64,000 nt of DNA from Planctomyces sp. SH-PL14 (GCF_001610835.1 NZ_CP011270.1:7871256-7935255); one strand, 5' to 3'. Counted from the first letter of the stretch, positions 17,032-26,328 are shown. The notes: generated from the sequence alone by a model not told the origin. Numbers and translations are program-made.

Positions 17032-18243
17032 ATGCCATTCGCGTATCGTGACACGGACGGCAGCTTTAGTGTCGTCCACTCGGCGAATGCCGCCCCCGGA
17101 GACGTCGAGGCATTCGAACTCCCCGCCGACTTTCGAAAGTGTCCTGGAAGCGCATACAGGAGGGAGGGCGACTGCCTCGTCCCTGACACGCAGAAAAACT
17201 TCGAACGCGAAGAAGCTGCTCGATCCGCCTGCGCCAAGGAGGTCAGCGAAAACTGGACAACCGGACTAGACATGCCTGAGCCCGTAGTTCTGGATCCAGA
17301 ATCGGTAACGTTTGGGGATGCGGACCAGTTTTCGCAATCAATTGTAGAAAAGGCCGCCGCCCGTGGCCTGATTTTGATTTCATCTTCCGTTCGTAAGTTG
17401 GTCAACTTGGCGTTCTACGGGAGCCTTGAAGAGGAAGAAGGACGCTGTTATCCGATTAGACTAGAGCTGATTGCCCCGGGCGCATTTCCTCGCCACAGAG
17501 GTGAGATTCTGCGATTCGAGGATAGCAAGGAAGTGACACCTCGCGTACTGGCGAGATTGGCTCCCGGGCTCGACCCAACGCAATCAAACTTCTTGATTGA
17601 GCAAGGCCCGCCATTGAAACTTTGGGGGATAGGAATTCGCGACAGGTCGCTGTACCGATGGACGACCAATGACTTAAACACGTCCGACTTCTCTCGGCCT
17701 CCGCGGGGCTTGGTTGTACGGAGCGTCGGCCCGGGACACCTGATTGCCGAATACGCCAATACTCGCTTGGGTGAGTTTAAACGAGGCGTGTTCTTCGAGA
17801 ATTTTGTACAAGTGTTTTCGGACGACGGCCCAATAAGGCGATTCCTAGACGGAAACAAGCTGGATGTGCATTTCGCCGACTCATCCATCCGTGACACTAC
17901 GCACCGCCTCGTTTCGAAGTGTGCGGAGAGCGGCCACGGTGGGCTCATCGCCATAGTTGGGAACAACGATTTGGAGGCATTGGCATCGGGCGGCTTAATT
18001 GATCGCGGCGTGTCAATCGGCTGGCCGGCCGTTGAGTCATACTTGAAAGGTAGAGGCGAACTTTGTGAGAGGCCCGGTGCCAAGTACGACACGTCAACCG
18101 ACGAAGCCATGAGTGATATTTGGCTGACGGGCACAGGGGCAATCCTGAGAGACAAAGCTTCCATGATGTATTCATATCGGCACTTGCAATGGCTAGCATC
18201 GCTGAAAGGAGCGACCGGACGTTATGAAGCTGCCGAGGAATAA
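17032..18243 (+). CDS. Unknown ~300-aa N-terminal domain fused to the first half of a diadenylate cyclase (DAC/DisA_N) domain; terminated by a TAA that splits the DAC domain
   Basis: RBS AGGAAGGG-5-ATG at 17032. The C-terminal ...ESGHGGLIAIVGNNDLEALASGGLIDRG... matches the CdaA/DisA 'GALIV...YIETG' block. The same frame continues after a single stop into the 18286 ORF. Confidence 0.55.
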   Translation: MPFAYRDTDGSFSVVHSANAAPGDVEAFELPADFRKCPGSAYRREGDCLVPDTQKNFEREEAARSACAKEVSENWTTGLDMPEPVVLDPESVTFGDADQFSQSIVEKAAARGLILISSSVRKLVNLAFYGSLEEEEGRCYPIRLELIAPGAFPRHRGEILRFEDSKEVTPRVLARLAPGLDPTQSNFLIEQGPPLKLWGIGIRDRSLYRWTTNDLNTSDFSRPPRGLVVRSVGPGHLIAEYANTRLGEFKRGVFFENFVQVFSDDGPIRRFLDGNKLDVHFADSSIRDTTHRLVSKCAESGHGGLIAIVGNNDLEALASGGLIDRGVSIGWPAVESYLKGRGELCERPGAKYDTSTDEAMSDIWLTGTGAILRDKASMMYSYRHLQWLASLKGATGRYEAAEE

Positions 18244-18285
18244 TGGCGACTTCGAGCAGGCGAATTAATCGATGCAATAGACGCG

Positions 18286-18615
18286 GTGAGTTTCTTGGCC
18301 CATCCTGACGGTGCATTGATACTCGGCACCGGCCTGCAAGTGTACTCATTCTCCTCGAAGATTCAGAATGTGCAGCAGGTGTCGGTATATCGTGCAAAGG
18401 ATGCATCGGCCTCAATGATTGAGCCGTTTTCATCCAAAGAACTTGGGACGCGACATCGTTCCGCGATTTGGCTAGCAAGCTGCCTTCCGAACAGTTGTGT
18501 TTTTGTAATTTCCGAGGATGGGGTCGTTTCCGCCATAAGACAATGGAAAGGCAGGCTCATCCTTTGGCGGCCAATTACTACCGGCAGGTTCGACACGGTT
18601 TCAGGAACGAATTAG
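18286..18615 (+). CDS. Second half of the DAC (c-di-AMP synthase) domain, with DGA and GTRHR motifs; same frame as the upstream ORF, 14 sense codons after its TAA
   Basis: ...FLAHPDGALILGTG...PFSSKELGTRHRSAIWLAS...CVFVISEDGVVSAIRQ parallels B. subtilis CdaA PLHDGAVII...ISKELGTRHRAA...TIVVSEETGGVSVA. Confidence 0.55.
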   Translation: MSFLAHPDGALILGTGLQVYSFSSKIQNVQQVSVYRAKDASASMIEPFSSKELGTRHRSAIWLASCLPNSCVFVISEDGVVSAIRQWKGRLILWRPITTGRFDTVSGTN

Positions 18616-18891
18616 CGTGCTTGTCAAGTTGCTTCCTACTAAGCCCGCCGCGCGGTCGTTGGGAGCTTACGCCACCGTGGACTTGCATCCGGATGAATTC
18701 CGGGACTGGCCTGCGAACCTATAGGTCTGCCATGAGTCTATCGGGCAGAGCGTTTTAGAAGTCAGGCAAGAACCTTCCCGTGTTACGGCGAGATCCCGGC
18801 AAGCCACTGAAGAGATAATCTTTCGTCGCAGGTGACCAGGTGAATTCGCGGCAGTGTCGGTTGTTGTTCAGTACGTTGTTGACGAGGCAAA

Positions 18892-19698
18892 TTGATGGAA
18901 GACGCTGCCTGCTACATGTGCGACCGGCCAGCCACGTCGAGGGAGCACGTCCCCCCGAGATGTCTTTTCCCCGAGATGAAGGACATCGGCGAGAATCACC
19001 GCGTCAACCTCCTGACGGTCCCTTCCTGCGACGAACACAACAGCGGGAAGTCAGCCGACGATGAGTTCCTGATGGCAAGTTTGGCCGGCATGACAGGGAA
19101 CAACCGAGTTGGAATTCTGCACAAGTTCTCAAAGGTCAACAGGGCGATCTTCCGTAGTTCTTTCGGCCTGCTGGACCAGGCGCTGTCGGACCAAACGATC
19201 GAATGGCTTGAAGTCTCGCCTGGGACGTTCCTAGATGTAACTTGGGGAAAGCCAGACTACGCCCGCTTGGCAAGGTGCTTCGAGCGAATCGCACACGGAA
19301 TGCACCTCTGCCACTTTGGACAAAGATTTCGAGGGACACTGAAATACTTGTTCGACTTTCCGACCAAGGATGGGCACTGGTCGGAGTCGGATGACGTTGG
19401 ACGAAGGAAGTTCGTCGAAGAATTCGACGGAAAACCGCGTCTTGGAAGTAATCCGGAGGTGTTCACCTACCAGTTCTCGATACCGGACCAATTAGGAGTG
19501 GCCAGCGCGCATTTTCAGTTTTACGGCAGTATGAACATCTATGTCGCCTTCTACCCCGGCCAGATCCAGCGTCTCATAGAACTGATGAATGAGGCGCGTG
19601 GAGTCGCCAAGCCCGTGTACGCGTGGCTGGGAGGAAAGCTCTACGCATTGAATTCAGCCGCGGTTGAAGATGACGGTGCATCACTCAGGGACCTTTGA
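18892..19698 (+). CDS. HNH-endonuclease-domain protein (N-terminal CxxC...H...C..HN motif) with an uncharacterised ~200-aa C-terminal domain
   Basis: CYMCDRPATSREHVPPRCLF...VPSCDEHNSGKS is a canonical HNH/His-Me finger. 268 aa, lower-GC codon usage like the DAC gene, GAGG RBS. Confidence 0.7.
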   Translation: MMEDAACYMCDRPATSREHVPPRCLFPEMKDIGENHRVNLLTVPSCDEHNSGKSADDEFLMASLAGMTGNNRVGILHKFSKVNRAIFRSSFGLLDQALSDQTIEWLEVSPGTFLDVTWGKPDYARLARCFERIAHGMHLCHFGQRFRGTLKYLFDFPTKDGHWSESDDVGRRKFVEEFDGKPRLGSNPEVFTYQFSIPDQLGVASAHFQFYGSMNIYVAFYPGQIQRLIELMNEARGVAKPVYAWLGGKLYALNSAAVEDDGASLRDL

Positions 19699-20217
19699 AA
19701 ATCCCCTCCCCAGCCCGGCCTTTCGACCGGGACAGGGTTCATCGAAGGAACCCGACGAGAAGGCGATTCCAACCGCGTCCGCCAAGGTCCTCTGTCTGGG
19801 GCGATTCTCGGCGTCACTCAAGGGGCAGCACTCCGTTCAGCGATTCGCTTGTTTGACCGATAGACGTGAAATGACCCCACTCCCCACAGGTCACTCCAAC
19901 GCAGCAGCGATATCGCCACGCGATGTTGCCCATCATGCAGCATCATGACCGGCAAGAATGTTTGCTCCCAAGGACTTGTCTCCCTGACCAGTCGGCGACG
20001 GGCCTCAAGAGGCAACGCCGAGATCGAATCGTCCGAGCCCTGAATCAGGCGGGCGAGAGGCGCGTATAAGAGTGGGTACGCAAGCATCGCGACGACACAC
20101 AGGACGGCGTATCGAATTCGTCTGGTCAAGTCACACCCCCTGCAGGTCATCGTAGCCTCCCTGTCACGGAGTCAGATGCTATTCCTCGACGCCATACCCT
20201 GTTTGTGCTCCTAACGT

Positions 20218-20300
20218 CCCCGCACTCCGGCGACCAACCGGCGACGGGGATCATCCAAGTTACCACAGATCAGGGTCCGCAGTTGCGGACGGTTCAGCAC
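20218..20300. repeat. ~85-bp direct repeat (copy 1) flanking the WD40 gene; 3'-flank relic of a lost paralog
   Basis: CCCCGCACTCCGGCGACCAACCGGCGACGGGGATCATCCAAGTTACCACAGATCAGGGTCCGCAGTTGCGGACGGTTCAGCAC is ~80% identical to 21629-21712. It contains the hairpin GTCCGCA-GT-TGCGGAC. Confidence 0.6.
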
Positions 20301-20460
20301 GACTAGAACGCGAGCTGCGTCACCCGCTGCTGATCGACACCCGGTGCCGAGTCTCTCGCTGGCCAGGATCAGAGCAGCGACCTTTGTCGCTGGCCCGCAC
20401 GTTCTCGCCGGGCGAATGAGTCGCGGGAGCCCATTTCGTGAGGTAAAATCCGAGACCTCC
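20299..20460 (-). pseudogene. C-terminal remnant of a third paralog of the 21715/22378 family (...DQQRVTQLAF*)
   Basis: The minus-strand frame ends ...VDQQRVTQLAF*, matching the C-termini ...NQQEVATLTRRLETLRDAAILAV and ...SSASVLAV of the intact paralogs. No intact N-terminal part is present. Confidence 0.3.
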
Positions 20461-20530
20461 AAGACACCCGCGTGTGCCTGGGCAGTTGCCAGAGGATGGT
20501 TGGGGCCGTGTTTCAATCGGAGGAGCCGAG

Positions 20531-21595
20531 ATGCGTTGTCATTGGGCAAGAGGCGTGTTGTGTCTTGCCGCCGTTTTGACGTCGTTCCTGTTTTATCCGG
20601 TGGCCGCCGCCGGCCGCATTTTTTCGTCAAAGTTGAGCCTCAGCTTTTCGGCGGATGGAAGACAGATTGCGGTCGGCGGCCGGGGACTGCGAATCTTCGA
20701 CGTCGCCACCGGTCAGCTCCTGGAGACGTTCGGAGATCCCCACCAAGACTTGTTCACCTGCGTCCTCTGTTCCCCCACCGATACGTCGCTAATCGCGGCG
20801 GGCGTACATGGAAAGGGCTTCAAACTGTTCCGGCGCGGGTCGGCCGATCCGATCGTGGAATACCGGACGAATCAGCCTCTAAACCGCGAAGCGATCTTCA
20901 GGAAAGATGGCCAGCGTCTTCTGACCTCGTCCGGCAGAACCGATAACGCAGACCTGAGAAAGTACCAGCTCTGCGAATGGGACGTGACCAGCGGCAAGCA
21001 GATTCGCTCCCTCGAACGCGAGGGGGAGATTCGGGCTTTGGCTGTCTCGCCGAACGGACGTCGGCTGGCCTTCTGTTCCCGAGGCAATGTGGAGGTGCTG
21101 GACTTCGAAACGTGGGACGTATTCGGCGCCGCGGAACTTCCGTTAGGCGAATTCATTGCCAACCCGCGCGTGACGACAGCGGTGTTTGCCGCCGATGATG
21201 GGCCTCTCCATCTCTTCGGAATTGCCAGCCTTCCCGCCCCGCCTAACGGCGTCAACACCAGCACGCGGTGGGTCGTCGACTTTGAGAAGGATGTGATGCT
21301 GCACCGCGAGACAACGTCGGGGGCTCTCTTCGGGGTCGGCACGGCGAACCGCGACGCCATCATCGAAGTGTTCGACGAGCCAGGGCAGGGGCAGACAGTT
21401 CGGTCCCGGCTGGAAAATGGTCATGTCCAGTGGAGATTCCAGACGCCCTTCCGGTGGAAAGAAATGACGTCTCCTTACAGCATCCAAGTCTCGCCGGATG
21501 GAAAGTGGGTGGCGTGGTGCAATGGTGACGCGGTCTGTCTGTTGGACGCCGAGACGGGGACGGACCTGCGAACAATCGAAGTTTCAGACGAGTAG
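20531..21595 (+). CDS. Secreted WD40/beta-propeller repeat protein
   Basis: Signal peptide MRCHWARGVLCLAAVLTSFLFYPVAAAG (RBS GGAGGAG), then repeated ...SADGRQIAVGG.../...SPNGRRLAFCS.../...SPDGKWVAWCN... propeller blades. Confidence 0.7.
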   Translation: MRCHWARGVLCLAAVLTSFLFYPVAAAGRIFSSKLSLSFSADGRQIAVGGRGLRIFDVATGQLLETFGDPHQDLFTCVLCSPTDTSLIAAGVHGKGFKLFRRGSADPIVEYRTNQPLNREAIFRKDGQRLLTSSGRTDNADLRKYQLCEWDVTSGKQIRSLEREGEIRALAVSPNGRRLAFCSRGNVEVLDFETWDVFGAAELPLGEFIANPRVTTAVFAADDGPLHLFGIASLPAPPNGVNTSTRWVVDFEKDVMLHRETTSGALFGVGTANRDAIIEVFDEPGQGQTVRSRLENGHVQWRFQTPFRWKEMTSPYSIQVSPDGKWVAWCNGDAVCLLDAETGTDLRTIEVSDE

Positions 21596-21628
21596 GACGC
21601 GAAAACGATACCGATAGCCTTTATCCCC

Positions 21629-21712
21629 CCGCACGCCGGCGAGCAACCGGCAGCGGCGATCATCCGAGTTGCCAAAGATCAGATGTCCGCAACTCTGCGG
21701 ACGGCTTCAGGG
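21629..21712. repeat. ~85-bp direct repeat (copy 2), 3' flank of paralog gene 21715..22233
   Basis: See the 20218-20300 repeat. Confidence 0.6.
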
Positions 21713-21714
21713 CA

Positions 21715-22233
21715 TCACACAGCGAGGACGGACGCCGAGGACCTCAGTCGCCGCAGCTTGGACGTGAGCTCGACGAACCACCGGAGGTTTGCCACGCGGG
21801 CCGCTCTACGCTTCTCGATGAAGAACCTGAGATCATTTTGCTTCTGAAGTACCGCCCGGACGATTGGGTGGCGTCGGACCATCCTCCATGAGTACGCGGC
21901 CGGAATTCGCTGTCCCTCAATCGGGTCGAGAAACCCGGCCGCCCGAAGCTTCACCTTTGCGGCCTCCTCGGCCGGCTCCCTCTCGGCCTCGCATTTGTCG
22001 AGACGAGCCTTTGCCGTCTCCAGGACCTTCCGGACATAACCCTCGTAGGCGGTCCGGAACGCGATCTCTTGCTCCATGAGGGAAGGGATCGAGCCCTCGG
22101 GGGCCTCCTGCCGGTTCAACACGAGGTCCTCTCGCAACGACCAAACCACCCGCCGTTCCTGAATCAGTGAACGCGGGAGCCACTCCGCCGCCGGGACGAC
22201 CGGGAGTGTCGAATGCCGCGAATGTGTTCCCAT
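21715..22233 (-). CDS. Hypothetical protein, tandem paralog family member 1
   Basis: 172 aa. Shares N-terminal ...STLPVVPAAEWL... and C-terminal ...LAV with the next gene. Confidence 0.55.
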   Translation of the reverse strand: MGTHSRHSTLPVVPAAEWLPRSLIQERRVVWSLREDLVLNRQEAPEGSIPSLMEQEIAFRTAYEGYVRKVLETAKARLDKCEAEREPAEEAAKVKLRAAGFLDPIEGQRIPAAYSWRMVRRHPIVRAVLQKQNDLRFFIEKRRAARVANLRWFVELTSKLRRLRSSASVLAV

Positions 22234-22377
22234 TGGGGCTCCGTGTGATGGCCGCGGTCGAGAGCCAGGGGGACCGCGGCGGGGAAGTGTGTTTGTGTCC
22301 GGGGCAAGAACCCCGGACGCGGGGAACGACCGCAGGAGATCCCACGGTCGTTCGCCTCGCGTCGGGTCATCAACGGG

Positions 22378-22953
22378 CTACACCGCCAGGATCGCGGCGT
22401 CACGAAGCGTTTCGAGCCGCCTCGTGAGGGTCGCCACTTCCTGCTGGTTGGTCCGCATCAGCGACAGATATCCCTCGATCTCGCCGGCGACGCCGTCCCG
22501 CTTGTCCTTGGCCCCGCGGACGTGCGGGTGGCGGATGAGCATGTCCGGCGTATACGTTCCCATTGCCGGGGCACCATTGACGAGTTCGAGGTAGCCCATA
22601 TCGAGCAGCCGGTCGCGGATCGCCTTCTCGGCCGCCTGGGCGTCTTCCCCGCACGTCGTCTCGTAGGCACGGCACTCGGCCACGAGGTCTTTGACGAAGC
22701 CGTCCAGTGACCGGCGGAACTGATACTCGGCCTGCAGCAGCGGGAGGAGTTCAAACTTCGTCGGCTTGAACGACGCGAGGTCGGCCGAGCGAGCGCGTTC
22801 CAGCGAAGCGACAACGGCCGCTCGCTTGGTTTCGATCGCCGCACGCTCCGCGGCAACGGCGTCGCGCAGCTGGTTGAGGGAGTCGGACAACCATTCCGGC
22901 GAGGGGACGGTCGGGAGCGTGGAGAAACTGGGCTGGGTAATGAGAGGTTCCAA
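22378..22953 (-). CDS. Hypothetical protein, tandem paralog family member 2
   Basis: 191 aa, ...STLPTVPSPEWLSDSLNQ...RRLETLRDAAILAV. Homologous to 21715..22233. Confidence 0.55.
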   Translation of the reverse strand: MEPLITQPSFSTLPTVPSPEWLSDSLNQLRDAVAAERAAIETKRAAVVASLERARSADLASFKPTKFELLPLLQAEYQFRRSLDGFVKDLVAECRAYETTCGEDAQAAEKAIRDRLLDMGYLELVNGAPAMGTYTPDMLIRHPHVRGAKDKRDGVAGEIEGYLSLMRTNQQEVATLTRRLETLRDAAILAV

Positions 22954-23024
22954 TATGGAAGAGAGAGGGTTTCGGGCCGAGGACGCCTCGGCCGTGACAG
23001 AGGTTGCCGGTCGTCCGGCGAGAG

Positions 23025-23318
23025 TCAGTTTGCCGGCGAGCCGAGTTCTTCGAGGCGGGCCTTGATGTCGGCCGTCCGCGTGCGGTTCTCAGCCAACAGC
23101 GGATCACCGACGAGCGACCGCCATTGCTCCGACCGAAGGAAGGCGGCGGACAGCGGGAGTTTGTTCAGGATCGCCCGGAACCGTTCGATGACCTCGCACG
23201 TCTGCGGCTCGACGCGGAGGGCGAACGCCTCCAATGCGGTCTCGAACGCCTCCGGGGCGGTCTGGGGGTTGGGAAGCTCGGAGATGGAAGGGGCAGTCGA
23301 CACAGGGAAGCCTTTCAC
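23025..23318 (-). CDS. Small hypothetical protein upstream of the paralog array
   Basis: 97-aa ORF with consistent orientation. No motif recognised. Confidence 0.35.
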   Translation of the reverse strand: MKGFPVSTAPSISELPNPQTAPEAFETALEAFALRVEPQTCEVIERFRAILNKLPLSAAFLRSEQWRSLVGDPLLAENRTRTADIKARLEELGSPAN

Positions 23319-23518
23319 GGAATAGGAGTGAGAACGGACACTCAGGAATGGCCAGTCGTGGTGGCGGCCGGGCGATGTTCAAAGCGAGTCTCCAGCGTGG
23401 GGCCGGCACTGGCCCGAGAGGGGAGCGGCCCACAAGAGCCGCCCCGGTGAATCCGCCTCCGCCCGGACCCCCTTCGAGGCGGAGGCGTGTCCGGCTGGTC
23501 AAGCCGGACGTGTTTCGA

Positions 23519-25501
23519 TCAGCCGTCTGTTTCGACGAGAGCGACGCCGTTCTGCGTCAGGTATTGATTGAGGTTCTTTGTCGCGATCAGAAGCTCGTCG
23601 AGCGTCCGGGCAGAGTCCGCCGTGTTCTTCGCGGTCTGGTCCTCGGCGTTCATCTTGCCGGCCTGAGCCGCCAGCAAACTCTTCTGGTCGTCGCTGATGC
23701 CGAGGTTGAGGGACTCTCGCTTTTGGACACGTCCTTCGAGTTGGGCAGTCTTCTCCTGTGCTGCCTCCAAACCGATCTTTGCCCGCTCCATCGCGGCGTC
23801 GCGGTCACTGAGGACACCGCCGGTCCGCAGGTCGTCGACCCGCTTAAGACGTTTGGCACGCTTTTCGGCCGGCGTCTCGTTGCTCTCGCGGATCTGGTCC
23901 GCCTCGGACGTCATCTGGTCGAAGTCCGCAACGGACCTCTCTACGAAGGGCTTCGTAGCCTCAGCCAGTCCTACCGCCTTGGTCGACATGTTCCGCCCCC
24001 ATGACGAGGCATTCTTGAATGCCTTGAAGCCGAGTCTCTTGGCTACGTCGAGGGAGGACGCCTTCTTGGGTTCCGTCGCGGCCTGCTCGTCCTTGATCCT
24101 GGTCTCCTCATCCCGAAGGGCTTGGAGGTTCTCGCGATTGGCATCGCGTCTCGCCTCGGCGTCCTTGATGTCTTGGCGAAGGGAGTCCAGCTCGGAGGAG
24201 CCGGCTCTATTGTCCAGCGCCCAGTTTCCCCAAGTGTTGCTCTCTTTCAGGTTGTTCTCGGCGTTCGTCACTCCGTCGACAGACCCTTGCAGCTCGACCT
24301 CGGCCATCCGGATCTTCTCGGCGATGTCCTTCCGGCGGTCCCCAAGGTTGGTCTTGGCCCGGTTGTCGTCGAGGGACTTCTGCGTCCGCTTGCGATCGAC
24401 GTCCTCAAGCTCGGAGTTCAGCCGCTTGGAGATGGCAAGCTGTTTGTTGTACTCCTCGGTCTGACTCGCCCATCGAGCGATTGCCGCACCGATCGCGGTG
24501 GCGATCGCCGCAATGGCGAGCAATCCCCCTCCGCCGCTCGCGATGGCCCCGATGCCCTTCATGGCCTTCATGACCCCGCCAGCGGCACTGACGACTTGGG
24601 TGAAGCCCAGACTGACGCCGGTCGCCGCGATGCCGAAGGCAGTGAGGGCCGATCCAGCGACCGCGGCACCGGCGGAAATCTTGCCGAAGGTCGTCACTGA
24701 ATCTTCGTGCGTCTTCAACCAGGCCGTCGCCTGCGGGATTCCCTCCTTGAACCAGTTGATCCAGTCCGTCAGCTCGCCGGCCACGGCGGCCCCGATGGCG
24801 TTCTTGACGCCGCCGATCGCCATTTGCAGCTCGTCGAGAGCGTCGCCGAGGGCCGCGGCGGCCTGAGCGTCCTCGGTCGTCATCGTGATGCCGAGTTCCT
24901 CGGCCGACTTCACCAGCTCTTCGATCCCCTTCCGTCCGCCGGACAGCATCGGGATCAGCTCCGTTCCCGACTTACCGAAGACCTTCATGGCCAGAGCAGT
25001 CCGTCTCGACGGGTCCTCAACGCGGGACAGAGCCTCGGCGATGGCCAGGAGTGCCTGATCGGGGCTCTTACCCTTCAGGTCACCAACGGAAAGGCCGAGG
25101 TTCCGGAGGGACTCGACCGCCCCCTTTGACTCCTCGTCGGCGGAGTAGAGGGAACGGGACATGGCGACGATCGCCTTCTCGCACGCCTCGATGCTCGTGC
25201 CGCTCATTTGGGCCGCATACCGCAGCTCGCTGATGAACTTGACGGCAACGCCCGTCCGCTGGGACATGTCGTCGATTGCACTGCCGGCGTCGGCGTATGA
25301 CTTCGAGAGGGCCAGCATTCCGGTTGCGGCACCCGCTCCGGCCGCGGAGAGCAGTGCCCCGGCCTTCGTCGCGAACGAGCCGAACGCTTTCAGGCGGTTC
25401 TGCATCGTCGTCAGCGACTTGTCGAGCTTGCCGTCGACGGCGACGAACGTTACGTGGGCCTTCCCGCTCTCAATTGAGCCCGCCGGGGCTTGTTCAGACA
25501 A
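23519..25501 (-). CDS. Phage tail tape-measure-like protein (TP901-type core region)
   Basis: 660-aa ORF, Ala/Gly-rich with coiled-coil and hydrophobic segments. ...KVFGKSGTELIPMLSGG... resembles the TMP core motif. No other tail genes are adjacent. Confidence 0.6.
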   Translation of the reverse strand: MSEQAPAGSIESGKAHVTFVAVDGKLDKSLTTMQNRLKAFGSFATKAGALLSAAGAGAATGMLALSKSYADAGSAIDDMSQRTGVAVKFISELRYAAQMSGTSIEACEKAIVAMSRSLYSADEESKGAVESLRNLGLSVGDLKGKSPDQALLAIAEALSRVEDPSRRTALAMKVFGKSGTELIPMLSGGRKGIEELVKSAEELGITMTTEDAQAAAALGDALDELQMAIGGVKNAIGAAVAGELTDWINWFKEGIPQATAWLKTHEDSVTTFGKISAGAAVAGSALTAFGIAATGVSLGFTQVVSAAGGVMKAMKGIGAIASGGGGLLAIAAIATAIGAAIARWASQTEEYNKQLAISKRLNSELEDVDRKRTQKSLDDNRAKTNLGDRRKDIAEKIRMAEVELQGSVDGVTNAENNLKESNTWGNWALDNRAGSSELDSLRQDIKDAEARRDANRENLQALRDEETRIKDEQAATEPKKASSLDVAKRLGFKAFKNASSWGRNMSTKAVGLAEATKPFVERSVADFDQMTSEADQIRESNETPAEKRAKRLKRVDDLRTGGVLSDRDAAMERAKIGLEAAQEKTAQLEGRVQKRESLNLGISDDQKSLLAAQAGKMNAEDQTAKNTADSARTLDELLIATKNLNQYLTQNGVALVETDG

Positions 25502-25746
25502 CGAAGACTCCTTGAATGAAATGGGGGGCTCGGCGCGGACCGTAGGCCCCGTGGAACTCGAAAACCTGTGGCCTGAAACCGCCTATGCGGTGGGCGGCGA
25601 CTGCGTGTCGCCGGCAGCCCCGATTTCGCGAAATGCTGGAATTTGTTTACGCGTGTAAATACCTACAGGGTGGGCACCTCGCTGGCGTAGAGGGAAAAGC
25701 GTTTCGGCTCAGGAAGGACCCGCGAACCGCTCATGCTCCTCTGCGT

Positions 25747-26106
25747 TCATGGAACGCCTTGAACGGGTCGGCTAGATTGCTGGAGAACGCGGCCTTCTCG
25801 TCCATTCTCTTGCGAGCCTCCATGATCCTTGGAACGGTTCATTGTGGAACACACGGCGAGTGCCGCGGTGCTTTTGTGTGTCAGCATCTTGCCCGCGGTT
25901 CGGGCCTCGGCTTCTACCAGCCGGACGCTCCATCCTCTGAGGGCGATGAGATCGAAGAGGAAACTGCGTGGTGCGGAAGCTGTGAATGCGTGCGAGTGGA
26001 ACAAGGGGGATGGAACGACATATCGGAAGCGTTCGCCTCTCCCGTCTTGATCTGTGAACACTGCTTCGAGGCGGTCCGTGGACGGAACGAGCAAGGCCAC
26101 GAACAA
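25747..26106 (-). CDS. Hypothetical protein (island); alternative to a Cys-rich plus-strand ORF 25585..26115
   Basis: 119-aa ORF co-oriented with neighbouring island genes. The choice between the two strands is uncertain. Confidence 0.25.
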   Translation of the reverse strand: MFVALLVPSTDRLEAVFTDQDGRGERFRYVVPSPLFHSHAFTASAPRSFLFDLIALRGWSVRLVEAEARTAGKMLTHKSTAALAVCSTMNRSKDHGGSQENGREGRVLQQSSRPVQGVP

Positions 26107-26118
26107 CGCAGCTAGGGG

Positions 26119-26328
26119 TCAGGCTTGCTCAGTCGTAACGATGCCCCACACTTTGACCGAGCACATCTTCTCGCTGACGTCCTTGTAGGCGTCTTTCGTG
26201 TTGATTTCCGAACCGGTCTGAAGAACCAGGACGGCAGTCCCGGTCGGGCTTCGGCGCACAACGGAGATCGAACCGAGTGGGATTGTGACCAGACCTAAAC
26301 CCTCGGCGTGAACCTGTACTGCGGGCAT
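26119..26328 (-). CDS. Small hypothetical protein
   Basis: 69-aa ORF co-oriented with island genes. Confidence 0.3.
   Translation of the reverse strand: MPAVQVHAEGLGLVTIPLGSISVVRRSPTGTAVLVLQTGSEINTKDAYKDVSEKMCSVKVWGIVTTEQA

Noticed and set aside
18241-18243. Programmed recoding (selenocysteine/pyrrolysine) at the stop splitting the DAC domain
   Set aside because: The codon is TAA, not TGA or TAG, and no SECIS-like hairpin follows. A pseudogene, split gene or sequencing error is more parsimonious.
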